Shown: positions 28,134-40,799, counted from the stretch's first letter. The stretch: 64,000 bases of DNA from Octopus sinensis (GCF_006345805.1 NC_043002.1:48546001-48610000); one strand, 5' to 3'. Translations and numbers: made by a program. The notes: generated by a model from the letters alone, not told the origin.

Positions 28134-28863
28134 CAAATAATTTGGGAAAACAAATTTCCAAATCAACCAGCTGTAACCCTACAACGTTATGTGCATCTAC
28201 ATATCGTACTTTGGGGTCTTGTTTATCGTATATTTATATATTTATCTATAAATATGCAAAATATCTGATAAAAGTCAGTATTCAATTTGGGGGGATTAAT
28301 CGATATGCGGGTATTCTATTTCAGATAATATAAAAATAACCTAATGAGTATATCTGACAGTGAACTCATGGTATCAGTTTACACATCACGAAATAACACT
28401 TAAAGAATATAACCTATATATATATACACTACCGTCAGAAATTAATTAGCACCCTTGATTTTCTCTTCACTCAAGGTATGTGCTGTCACCTAGTGGCCAT
28501 ATCTCGAACTATTGCTTTGTTGCGAGTTCACTGTTGCGCAGAACGATGACGTAACTTTGTTTGCAGAGCAGTTTGAGAGTCTACAGCCTTATGATGTTGA
28601 CATAGCAGTGCAACAACAACTTGGAGTGCGGATGCAGACAAATTCCTTTGTTTAATAGATATAGGTAGCGCCTCGCAAGGACCGAAATCACACCATACTA
28701 AGTTTTCTCATCGCGTAAGACGTTTTGAACAGCTCATAGGTTAATTGATTTAACCTATTTAATGTAGAAATTTGAGAAGAGCTAATTAATTTCTGACGCA
28801 AGTGTATATATATAAAGCACGATTTATTTGCGATCAGAGGTGTTTGAAAACCGAGGTACTACA
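27939..28863. mobile_element. pogo/Tigger-like non-autonomous element with nested insertions
   Basis: left TIR TA|cagtagaacctcggttttcgaa (second copy at 28020); right TIR tttgaaaaccgaggtactacag. Confidence 0.65.
28427..28804. mobile_element. Tc1-like MITE
   Basis: 24-bp TIRs cactaccgtcagaaattaattagc / gctaattaatttctgacgcaagtg, flanked by TA. Confidence 0.85.
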
Positions 28864-29576
28864 GCATTTATGTTTATATAATTCCTCTGAAGTTAGGCGT
28901 AGTCGCTTTTTATACACCGTATACAGATAATTCATGCACATTTATTTTGAAATCTAGTCTACTATTTAAAGTAGAGCATAAGCATTTTAAATACAGTATA
29001 AATACAGACATAATTTGTGCAAGAGAATCAATAATGGAAATATAACCATTTACTGAAATGTTTCCTTTGAAACACGCACATATTTTAAAGTCATACAGAA
29101 TGCAATCTTGTGACTCCATATTCTATTTATCTTCTTCTATAAATATCAGACCTTACTTTCTGTAAATAAAATAGCTCTAATTTGAATATTTGTTTAGATA
29201 TAATCTATTGGATTTTCTCTTCTAGAATTTATAAGGCACGTCGCAAGCAAATGTATTCATTTTCATCTGATATTTTCCCTTTTCTATACTGCATATCACA
29301 TAACCATATTAGATCCTGCATATTGATAAAAATTTGTACCAATATATTTGTATGCACTTACTATTTCTTAGACATTGCACGTTGTTTTGTTGTTGTTCTG
29401 GGGTTTTTTCTTTGTTCATCTACTGATAAATATAGTCAACAAAACAAAATTGGTTGGCGAAACCATTTGATGGGGATTCATATATATAATTCTAATTAAC
29501 TCTATAACAACACACATACATTTATATATATATGTGTGTGTGTGTATGTGTGTGTGTGTGTATGTATGTATGTATC

Positions 29577-29612
<36 letters not shown>

Positions 29613-29614
<2 letters not shown>

Positions 29615-30193
29615 AATTAAGGACTGCACACGAAAAGTGGACAGTCAACATGCTAGATATAGACGTCAAATCGCCATTCTCCGCAAAAAAGTTTATGTTC
29701 TCAGATCAAACTCAACAAAACCAAAGTAATAAACAAGTGAAAAATATACGAAATAAATATTTACCCATGTACTAAATTTAGTTTCAGCTGTTATTTTCCG
29801 CAAGGAAAAGTGCAGCATCGTCAGCATGGTCCCATATAAAATGTAATTTGCTGGACTAAATGCCAACACGACACCAAAATATCGCGTGCATGGAGTCCGG
29901 CCTATTACATTTGAAATATATATTTCAAATGCCACCACTTTTGGCGCGATGAGACCCGAGAAAATTAGCCTGCAGCTAATAGTTAGCAGCAGTTAATTTA
30001 TCGGTTAGAGTACAAATATTTATAAAATTAAATTTAGGGTAAACATTGATATTTATCAATTAGAACCAGTGGTCTAGCATATTAAAAAAGAATCCGAAGA
30101 TTAAAATATTTATATATACCAATTAAGGACTGCACACGAAAAGTGGACAGTCAACATGCTAGATATAGACGTCAAATCGCCATTCTCCACAAA

Positions 30194-30197
<4 letters not shown>
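29613..30197 (-). mobile_element. 506-bp-period hammerhead-bearing element (1.2 units; retrozyme/pLTR-like)
   Basis: 79-bp direct repeats at 29613-29691 and 30119-30197 (one mismatch); ends at (TA)n; truncated by (GATA)n. Confidence 0.75.
29765..29829 (-). ncRNA. type I hammerhead ribozyme (U.U at base of stem II)
   Basis: CCAUG-CUGACGA-U-GCUG..UUUUCC(UUGC)GGAAAA..CAGC-U-GAAAC-UAAAUUUA-GUA-CAUGG. Confidence 0.75.

Positions 30198-30290
<93 letters not shown>
30196..30290. repeat. (GATA)n microsatellite
   Basis: direct reading. Confidence 0.95.
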
Positions 30291-30291
<1 letters not shown>

Positions 30292-30571
30292 GTGTTCTTT
30301 AAGTTCGTTTACGGAAAACATTTTGAATATACATATAAAAGCTTCTATTCTATTATGCCGGCTACAGCTTAATGATGCCAACTAGCATTACCAGTTATTT
30401 GGAGTTGCACCGAGCTATGTCGTCATAATGTAGGGTAAATATTGTTGTAGTAATAATAATAATAATAATAATAATGTATGTATGTATATATATATATGTA
30501 TACATAGCGAGAGAGTTAATTACATACACCCACATCTATATATATAACATATATATATATATATTTATTTA

Positions 30572-30869
30572 TTTATTTTGAAAATATAAATATATGAAAG
30601 AATGGAGCTGAACAACGAATTAACAAAGTTCCTTTTTTTTCGACATATGTTTCGAAGGCTGCATATTCCTAATTGCGAAGGAATAAGGAGTACATTATGC
30701 CGCTTTCTCATCAGGAGATGCTTTTCCTGATGAGAAAGCGGCATAATGTACTCCTTATTCCTTCGCAATTAGGAATATGCAGCCTTCGAAACATATGTCG
30801 AAAATAAAGGAATTTTGTTAATTCGTCGTTCAGCTCCATTCTTTCATATATTTATATTTTCAAAATAAA
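30572..30869. repeat. near-perfect palindrome, 145-bp arms, 8-nt spacer
   Basis: three mismatches between the arms by manual comparison. Confidence 0.95.
30722..30804 (+). ncRNA. type I hammerhead ribozyme
   Basis: UUUUC-CUGAUGA-G(long stem II)C-GAAAC-AUAU-GUC-GAAAA; the mirror copy on the - strand (30637-30716) has only a 2-bp stem I. Confidence 0.8.
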
Positions 30870-31027
30870 CATACAAATTTCCACACGAAAGCACGTAATC
30901 TATGCCCTAGGCACGTAACTTCAACCGTGTTTTTTCTGATGTGAATTTGCTACCCAGGTATCGGTTAATTCGAATTATCCTTAATAAGATAATTCATTCA
31001 ACTACTCAAATATATATATATATATAT

Positions 31028-31752
31028 ACTAGCATTAAAGACCCGTCGTTGCCGGGTCATAGTGCTAGTCATGTATATATGTGTGTATATATGTGTACAT
31101 ATTACATGTACATCTATATATATACATCTACACATAAAATGCAAAATACAAAGTTATATCTTGATATCGCTAGTGATAACAATACTCAAAATATAGAACA
31201 GACTGGAATTGTTAGCTCTTCTTTTTTCTCTACATTGTATACTTTATAGACAATAGTCATTTCTTTAATTTAATTTTTCATTATCCATCTGGACTATTCC
31301 ATTTCTGCACGCTAATTTTATTTTAAATTTATTCCTATTCATGTGAAACCACTTATTCAAGTTCAAATCATTGATGCAATTTTATACCAATTGCTATTTT
31401 TACTTTTGTATGTTACGATTATATTATACTTTAGTTTGATTTTAATTATTACTTACTGCATATAATTCAATTGTTATTATTATTTTTATTGTTAAAGTGA
31501 AAGCATCTGACATAAAATAGAGAAATATTTTTGTTTCACTTTTAGCATGTAATACTGAAATAGTGGAGAAGATATGATATTGCTATGGGCTCGCTCTAGG
31601 CAAGAAGTTGAAAGTTTTTTTGCCCATGAAACTACGTGGACCCTAAGTAAGGCATGTGTAAAATTTGAATGAAATTGGTTTTGTAGTTCTCAAGTTTTAA
31701 GGAAACACACAGACAGACAGACACACATTCTCAGTTTTATATATATAAAGAT
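31028..31752 (+). mobile_element. Helitron/Helentron-type non-autonomous element (DINE/HINE-like)
   Basis: 5' actagc + acccg..cgggt hairpin + gctagt; 3' acagacagacacac...ttttatatatataaagat. Confidence 0.6.
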
Positions 31753-32489
31753 ATATATATGTATGAATATATGTGTGTGTGTGTGTGTATGCGTGTGTGT
31801 GTGTGCGCGCGTATATGTATGTATGTATACCAAAATTACCATATATGACCTATGCATTAATCTGTACGTGAATTAATTAAAATGTCTCTGTATCAGTTTA
31901 TATATGCTAATAGTTTTTAGCGTTTGTTTCCAACAGTACACAATATAAATATTTTTAAAAATCACTATTACAAGCTTATCTGAAAGGTTATTGAATGAAG
32001 GATAAACAAATTTGAAAACATTATTCTATATTATCATATTTTCTCTTTGATGTGTAATCTTTCATAACCTTATAAATAGTTGCTAATTTTAGCACGCTAA
32101 CGCCGCACAAACCTGTCTCATAAGGCTCCTTTGCGTCATATTTCTAATGCTAAAGTTCCCTGGACGCCTCTTTTAGTAAGCCTTTGTTTTATTTTTACCA
32201 AAAGACATCGGGTTGTTGGTTATATAAAAATGAGATGGTTATAAAAGCGCTTTAAATCCTATACAAGGCCGACACTGAATTGCCTTCATGTTATCTATAA
32301 TAGCAATGTTAAAAGTTATTCTATAATACATTTCAAACAACAATTTCTAGCAATCCTGTTTTTTTTGTCACATTGCATGTTGTCTGGGCATTGAATACCA
32401 AAAATGTAGTCTTAATTTTTAACTACAAAACGATTTTTTTCTAACTGAACAAAGAAAAAAAACACTGTTATTCCAATTTTTTGTGGATG

Positions 32490-32720
32490 GATTGGAGTCT
32501 GGACTTCGATTCTCAGACAAGGCAGTGCGTTTTACTTTTGAGTAAAGCACATCATTTCGATGCGCTCTAGTCTATTTAGCTGTAAATGAATAACCCCACG
32601 ACGGACAGGTGTCCCGTTCAGATGGTATACTATAATCTCGGTCATTTATACGCCAGGAAAACTGTGTAAACGGTTCTGAGTCCTAAGACTCGAGACAGTA
32701 CTTTACTGTTTTCATTCGAG
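32490..32720 (+). mobile_element. degraded tRNA-SINE with V/Meta-type domain
   Basis: ttcgattctc B box, gagtaaagcac, cgacggacaggtgtcccgttcag; similar to 24705-24957. Confidence 0.55.
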
Positions 32721-34792
32721 GCTTCATTCAGGTTTTTCTTTGCAATGTTGAACTTTATTAACATTTTAAGTCACACTTTGACAAGAGCCCTGGATCAAGA
32801 ATTTAGCATATTCTACAGGTTATCTTCAAATACCTATTACTTTAAGTTCACTCTCTGCATCCTTCAACTACTTTACGTCAATTCCCTTGAGCAAGGCATA
32901 AACAGAATATTGCATTTCCTCTTTCCCCTAAATGTAGGGTTTCGTATGAAATCGAATTCCTTTATTTTGAGTCGTGTTCATAATGGTAGTTATTGGTCGG
33001 AGTGCAAATGCCGACGAGGTCACCTTTACCTTTCATCTTTTAGGATCAATGAAGTAGCATTCAAATACTGGGGTTGAAGTAATCGACTAGCCTCCTCCCC
33101 TGAAATTTCTGAGCTTGTCCCAAAATTAGAATTGTGATTTTAAATATATAAATGTAACATGCCTAAACTTTTATGTTTCAATAGGCGAATCTCTATGATT
33201 TAACGAAATAATATTTTCAACTGTGTCTCCATGAATAAGTTCTGGACAGACGTGGGTTCAAATTTGTTTATTACGATACATAATTATGGATGTTAGGATA
33301 ATAAAAGGTATTGTGCATCAATAGATTTCAAATTACTGGTGATAATTTATTTTCTTGCAAAGAGAAATGTAATACGAACCTATACAATGATAAAGAATGT
33401 GAGTTGCTGAATAGAATCTCTAACCCATCCGCAAATATATTTTGCTTTACTGTATCACATCAAGACATATACAACCAGAATATAGTAATTAACGTAAATC
33501 AAAGATTAGAGATGACAGAAGACCAGGTAAGCGCTCTTGCTAGCAGCTATATTTCTACAGAATAGTCATAAAAATTATGAGCAGATGCTGCAGTACACTA
33601 AATGATGTTCTGATATATTTTAGTAATATTTTATATGATTTTTCACCTGCATCCTCCAACACATCCGGCTACTTATTAATGCTTTGTCTACTGACACAAG
33701 TTATACTTCTATATGAGTAGCTAATTCTAAACATTTTTCTGTTATAAATTATTCTAAGAATTTCAAAATCAGTAAAATTAAGCGGATTAATCGTTATTTT
33801 AAAATTGGGACAAGGGTGGAAATTTAGAGACTAAGGTACAGTCAATTTAATCAAACCAGTACTTAACTGGTACTTGTTTTATCGACCCTGTTATGTTGAT
33901 AATTCAGAATATAAAAATTTATAATTAATAATGCTATCCAACGATCTAATTTCTCAAATAAGAGTTTAAACAGAGGTTTCATCTAATTATTCTAAACTTT
34001 TATTTGACAATATTAAGTTTCCAATCATTATTTACGGAATCAATTATCATATTTAGCTTTCACAGAACAAATTATTCTGTTTCAGTTTAATTTTACAAGT
34101 ATCTGTCAAACTTTATTTAAAGAGTGTACAATTTACAGACATTATTTTAAGAAAACATTTTCATTCTTACGTTAATTCAGATATGTATACACTAATGGTA
34201 CTGATAGAAAAGGTGTTGGCGAGTTTCATTAATGCTATCTTTTCTTTTCTTTCTTTTTTTTTTTTTTGATAATACACATTATAGTTTAATTTATTTAACT
34301 ACACTGTTCCTATTGCAACTTTAACGTTATTGGTCTTTAATTAATATCTCAGCTGCTCAACCTGCCTCCAAATAACAATGTGCAAAGCATTTGCTTTAAC
34401 AGCAACATAGATTCCGGTATTGTTTGTTATTCATGTCAGCATTTGTTGCACTTTTCTTATTTACAAGTATCTTATTTTATGATTTAGACTATGCCTGAAA
34501 TTACCTGACTATATATTGACCTTCTTGTTCAGAGGAGCAGACGTCGTTGGAGTCAGTTCAGCTTTGTCATTCCCGAAATTCTGAATATATGTATTATCAA
34601 CGATTGTTCTTGTTCCTCTTGTAAGCATGATAAATGCAATCAAAAGCTGAATTCACCAGTTCTGAATGTACGGCCTATTCTTTGATAATTCAACCACCAA
34701 TGAACAAATGCCCAGTCTTCAAATGTCAAAGGCCAGCAGCTTAAATCAAATATTAATACGAATTTTATATATATATATAAAGTTTATATATA

Positions 34793-34842
<50 letters not shown>

Positions 34843-34941
34843 TCAGACTCGGAGGAGGAAACAATATCTGCGTAATGGCTTGTTAAAAACAATCCTGATG
34901 CCAACTGGGTTTAATCAAATATATTGATAGAAAGTTTCTCA

Positions 34942-34999
<58 letters not shown>

Positions 35000-35006
<7 letters not shown>

Positions 35007-36250
35007 TCTCATAAAATTAAAAAGTCGATAAAAGAAAAATGGAGAAGAAAAATTAAAAAGATGCTTGGTTCATTTTATTTGTATTACAATTGGAAAAATA
35101 ATGTAAATTAAAAGATTAAAATATATACCTATAAGAACAAGTATAAAAGGAACCGGAACAAATATAAAATGAACTGCATCAACAAAATAACCCCAACATA
35201 TCCAAAAAGATATTCACCATTTGTTTCAATACAAAAATATTTTAGAATCATTAGTAATTGTAACTTTTAAAGATGTAATAAGCGGCATAAATCTCTTCAG
35301 GAAAAATAAGTATATATTAGTATTGAGTTATGAAATGACTTATTTGAGGACTATGTTTAAGAATTTTCAAACCTAAATAAACTACTTTGAAAGACGCAGA
35401 GTTCATGTGATTAGAAATGTAGTTAGTATTGAACATTAAAATGCTACAAATGCATCGAATCTATTTTTAAAAAATATATGTATTATATTTATATATATAA
35501 AGGTTTATGTAAGGGAGAAGGTAGAAAGACGGATGGCGTTATTTAGGAATCAAATTAGTTAGGATACAAATTCCGGAGTTCGAAGAAAAAACATTGTGTA
35601 TTTAAAATATAAATTGTATAAAAACTATATAATACTCCCGAATTGTTGCAAAATGCTAGAGAAATTATAATCGGTGTAACAGGATAATTTCCCTAGGTCA
35701 AAATTTGAGTAACTAGTGATCTTTTATTTCATATATATGTGTAATCTTGTCATTCGATATTTTAAAAATAAAAAATAGCTTGTGCTTCGCTTTAATAATA
35801 TTCTATAAGTTATATGGATAAAATAGATATCAATACGTAAGTGCAGTTTAAATTTTCATATTTATATATTGAAATATATTAAAAGTACCAACAGTCATAA
35901 ATGCGGGACTATAATATTTTATAAAAATAGATGAGGAAGCTTTCAAAATACAGCATTTATGTAAAAATGGAGTTGTATTTAAAAATATATAGATTTGGAG
36001 GTTTTTAATGTTAATTATATTTCTATTCTATTTAACAATAAGATAGATATTATAGATTAGTAGTAAGGGTTAAAGCAAAATTAAAGTAAATTATTGAAGG
36101 ATATAATTACAAGATTAAGAGATCAATAGGTAAAATTTATACTTATGCTTATATTATATATATTTAAATTTATATATTGGTGTTAAATGTGGTTTATATA
36201 ACGATTGTTATAATAAATAATTGTACTATTATTAATTATTTGTTATTTAA
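35000..36250 (-). mobile_element. very AT-eroded Penelope-like element
   Basis: PSFYLLPLHKP near 35500-35535 matches the PLE P.FY.LPKIHK motif; relic hammerhead upstream. Confidence 0.4.
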
Positions 36251-36599
36251 AATGTGGGTTATATGGGTGTTCTAAATATGAGAAAAATTAAGTGGTTGAG
36301 TATAGAATATGTTGCTAAAACCAATATAGGAAGGGGAATTACAACTGTGTTTCGTGGTCTGCTACCAGAACAGGTCCTTTATAGGATCCAGTTAGTTCAC
36401 GACATTATCAGGAGGAACCACATCCGGTTTCGGCCCCTACTCCTCTACTGTTTTGACGTGGCGCCCCCCTCCCCTTTCGAAGATGTCTTCGGCTCTGGTG
36501 TTGGGTACATGTATTCTTTCTTCTTCTTTCTTCTGTTCCCTGGCCTCTGACTTATCAAATTTTTCCCTTTAAATACTTCCAGCAGGCAGCCCCAGCAAG

Positions 36600-37205
36600 T
36601 TGTCACGTGACACTGTCTCACCTTAACTGACTAGTGAAGGCGCGTAGTTTTAGCCCGCGCATTCTCTAAACGACGGTCGCCTGTCAGTCAGCGAAGCTGA
36701 TTCAGTGTCAGCTTGTCTCACCTAACGATGTTATTTCCCGCCGGCATGTTATGACTTTCAAGCCCTTTTCGGTCTTCCCGCTTCAGCCATATATAGAAAC
36801 TGGCTTTTTCGACCGCCTCCTGTACTCTCCTTATTAATTTTCGCAGCTCGGAGCTAGAAAAAACAAATCATCTTTTGAAAAGCGTTGTCATTTTCCTTTC
36901 AATGAAGCCTCTAGCCCCCACTGCCAGGTGATAATATTCGACATTCCATCGCTGTTCTCTGCATTCTTCGATTAGCTTTTCGTATCTCTTCTCCTTTCGT
37001 TCCTCTGCATTGCCGATGTTCTCTTCCCAAGGTACTGTCAGTTCTAAGAAAATTCCTATTCTCCGGTCTCTGTTCCATAGGACTAAATCCGGTCTTTTTG
37101 TTGTTTTTATTAGTGGAAATATTACTTGTCTTTCCAAGTCCGTGGCCACCTCCCAGTATCCCTTCCATCTTTCGTCTATCTTGTATAATTTACTTGTAGG
37201 CCTGG
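36600..37205 (-). mobile_element. RLE LINE 3' end (HERO/NeSL-like)
   Basis: WEVATDLERQVIFP..TTKRPDLVLWN..LELTVPWEENI..ERKEKRYEKLIEECREQRW..VGARGF. Confidence 0.85.
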
Positions 37206-37217
37206 TGAATGTGTGTG

Positions 37218-37298
<81 letters not shown>

Positions 37299-37327
37299 GA
37301 ATAATTACTATGAAGCATTGTGTAGGA

Positions 37328-37622
37328 TATATTGTATAAAGGATCGTCGGTAAGGCCAGAACAATGCGAAGTAAATGCAAGGCAAATCACAAGAAAACAA
37401 ATATATGAATTAATGTAGACTTACCCTGCATTTAATATTTCGGGGTTATGACCCCATTTTCAAGAAATGGCAATATTCTTTAATTTCTTGAAATGGGGTC
37501 ATAACCCCAAAATATTGAATGCAAGTCAAGTCTACATTAATTCATATATTTGTTTTCTTGTGATTTGCCTTGCATTTACTTCGCATTGACCTGGCCTTAC
37601 CCACGATCCTTTATACAATATA
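37328..37622. repeat. palindrome, ~140-bp arms, 14-nt spacer
   Basis: direct reverse-complement match with a few mismatches. Confidence 0.92.
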
Positions 37623-38160
37623 CATATATAAGTTGAAGTAAAAATTGGGCATAGGTAAGTTACATGGAGTATAAGTAAGGTAGGAGTTAACAATGGGTAT
37701 TATATATATACTTTTATTCCAAGATATATATATATATATATATATAAAGAGAGAGAGAGAGAGAGAATTAAAAAAACAACAGGATATATATATATTGGAA
37801 CGTGTGATTAGGAAGCAATTATATTCACCAACAATATAGGTTGTAAATATATACAACAGTAATATGGTAGTGTAATATGGAATTCATTTTCATGTTATAT
37901 AATATAGGGAAATGAAGGTGGAAAACAAATATGTAATTATATAAATATATAGTCATATAATTATATAATTATATGAATTTAGAAAAAGTATATTTATGTG
38001 CATGTAAACATTGGTAAACTTTTTCTGATTTATCATTCAACAGATTGTGCTAAGAGAAAAGGATTTGATACGTTTCATCAAGGCAGAGCGAACATGTCTT
38101 AGTTGATGGTTTATAAGTTCGAGCATTATTTAGACGTTTCCATATGATTTTGTAGGTTTA

Positions 38161-38518
38161 ACTAGCACTATGACCTGGCAACGCCGGGTAATAGCGCTAG
38201 TGCATGCATATACAGCTGCGTGTGCACATACACGCGAGTACTGTCCAAATCTCCGGCCAATCACATACAGATAGCTGGCATTCAATTGGCGTATCAAGTT
38301 TCGGGCATTTTGATTAGGTTTTGGATAGAAAATTCACAAAAAAAGTCACTTCTATTGATTTTTAATGGCTGTGCGGGGTTACTGGGGAAATGTAAAGATG
38401 TGCACGACCACCCTTGAACAGTTTTGAATGACCATGGAAAGTGCGAGCCCTCTACCTGACAAATTGTGGATTTGTATAAAGGACACACACACAGACATCT
38501 TGCCGATTATATATAGAT
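38161..38518 (+). mobile_element. Helitron/Helentron-type non-autonomous element
   Basis: actagcac..acctggcaacgccgggt..gctagt head; cacacagacatc..tatatatagat tail. Confidence 0.6.
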
Positions 38519-39280
38519 TACTATCTATGTCTTTCCAAATAAATTCAATAAGTCCTGTGCTATTACGATTATTAATATTTCAAAATGAGGCTCCATGGTT
38601 CGTGGTACGATATTTCACGCAACACGCTGTTGCTCCAAGTTGGTAAAAATATTGACCTTCAGATTCAACTGTGGCTTGGTTTACTAGGTTTTTGCGTTTT
38701 CAGTAATTGTTAAATCTACAATTTGCCTTAACTTTACAGTCACATAAAGCATTTAGATTATTATTGCCAGTGTCGGTATTAGCATTACTGTTTCTTCTAA
38801 ATACAATATTAGAGTCGGTTTGAGCAGCATATGTGTTCCTAGTTAGAGTGGGAATACTTCTATTTATATAATACTCTTCAAGTTTAATGTTAGTAATAGA
38901 AAATCTTATCCTTATTGAATTATTATTAATTATGGTACCGTAGTTACTAGAAGTAAAATGTTTATGAACGAATTACTTTAATAAGGCTTATCTTTATTTG
39001 TTTTCCATAAGCCAAATTATATTATTGTTGTTGTTGTTGTTATGATTTTTGTGGCGTTTATGGTTATTATCAGGTATACATTTTATTTATGGCCTAAGTT
39101 TCTTACGTTTAAAGCATTTATTAGTTTTGTAGTTGGATTTAGTATTATAGAGATTTTTGTTCTTCTTCTTCTTCTTCTGCTGCTGCTGCTTCTTCTTCTT
39201 CTTCTTCTTCTTCTTCTCTTCTTCTTCTTCTTCTTCTTCTTCTTCTTCTTCTACTTCTTTTTCTTCTTCTTCTTCTTCTG

Positions 39281-39331
<51 letters not shown>

Positions 39332-39888
39332 GAGTGAGAGAGCAGTTCATGCCATCAAAGTGACACTGGGGTAAAATATACGAAGCCCAATATACCCATC
39401 ATGACCACCCGTCTGATAAGGGTACACCAGGCACATGCATCACAACCATATGTGCGCGACATAGTGATCTCATAAAAAGATAAACAGCGCATGACCTTGC
39501 AGGTGGGGCCCAGTTAGAATTTTCTTCTGGTTGAGTAGCCCATCCCGCTCAAAAGGTCCCTGAATAAGGGTTGTTTAAGGATGTTGAAAGAACCACCCAT
39601 GTTTCCAGAGGTGAATTATTCAAACCCCAAAGAATCCCTCTCAACACATGGCTATGATGCTCCCCCACTACTTCTGCTCGTGATCAGAGATGCACATATC
39701 GTCAGCCACTAAGGGACATGCTCAACTGGTTAAAGTCAAACAACTGACAAGCAAATCTGTGGTATTGAGCAGAAGATTTTCTGTAGCCCATCTTTTATAC
39801 CAAGACAAAACAATGTACATGATAACACTTCCAATCAGTTAAGATCAGAAGCCATGAGAGTCACTGCCTGGTACTGCATCAGGGCATT
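39332..39888 (-). mobile_element. 557-bp non-coding interspersed repeat embedded in (ATT)n
   Basis: GC-richer segment with sharp junctions to (ATT)n on both sides; no long ORF; the repeat nature and strand are inferred. Confidence 0.55.
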
Positions 39889-39905
39889 TATTATTATTAT
39901 TATCA

Positions 39906-39946
<41 letters not shown>

Positions 39947-39971
39947 TATTATTATTATTATTATTATTATT

Positions 39972-40591
39972 GCCTTTGCACAGCTTCTAACGGAGGAGAT
40001 GTACTGCGGTGTCAGCTTTTCACTACCAGTGAACTAAAGTAACATCTCTTATTTTTCTAGCACCTTCTGGAGTATTCGGACGGTTCCAAGCAGTGCTGTT
40101 TTCTGCAAGTTCTCCACTCTTATTGCTCCCCTATTTGTTCCACGTACTTCTTGAGATTTTTGCTCACTGTTCCCAGGGCTCCGGCAATTATTGGTACTAG
40201 TGCTACCTTTTTCATCGACCACAACTGCTTAACTTCCCAAGCTAACCTGTCATATCTCTCGACTTTTCTTTCTTCTTTATCGCTTACCTTGTTGTCAGTT
40301 GGACATGCTATATCTATGCTCCAGCATAGTTTGCTTTCTTTCTCAATTAAGACTATTTCTGGTTTCCTATTCTCTATCTCATGATCGCCCTGATATACAG
40401 GATCTTTGCATTATCATTTTCGACGATGACTTCGGGTTTGTGGTTGTGCCAATTTTTGCTCTGTGAAGTCCATATTTGTTGCAAAGTGTCCAATGGACAA
40501 GCCTGGCTATATTGTCGTGGCGTCTTTTATATTCCTTCTGGGCTAATAGCGTACATTGGCTGGTAATATGCCATGGACAAAATGGTGAAGC
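39972..40591 (-). mobile_element. R4/Dong LINE 3' end in a (TAA)n target
   Basis: CTLLAQKEYKRRHDNIARLVHW, NRKPEIVL, IDIACPTDNKV..EKVERY..LAWEVKQLW, IIAGALG, TALLGTVRILQKVLE; (AAT)n on both sides. Confidence 0.9.
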
Positions 40592-40640
40592 TATTATTAT
40601 TATTATTATTATTATTATTACTACTACTACTACTACTACA

Positions 40641-40680
<40 letters not shown>

Positions 40681-40690
40681 TTATTATTAC

Positions 40691-40748
<58 letters not shown>

Positions 40749-40799
40749 ACTATTTGAATGATTATTTTTATTATTGTTGTTATGCTTATTAATTTGAAG

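Noticed and set aside
34300-34760. Unique GC-richer island considered as an exon or NUMT
   Set aside because: All six frames have stops, and reading TGA as Trp gave no recognisable mitochondrial protein. A CAG|GTAATT donor-like site on the - strand is not enough.
36405-36445. GGGGCC-GAAAC-CGGAUGUGGUU-CCUC-CUGAUAA read as a type II hammerhead
   Set aside because: No room for stem I, and the core is CUGAUAA.
39820-39888. Possible ribozyme at the start of the 557-bp (ATT)n-nested element (GCCCUGAUGCAGUACCAGGCAGUGGC)
   Set aside because: CUGAUGC is not a hammerhead core, and the spacing is too short for an HDV-like P3/L3.
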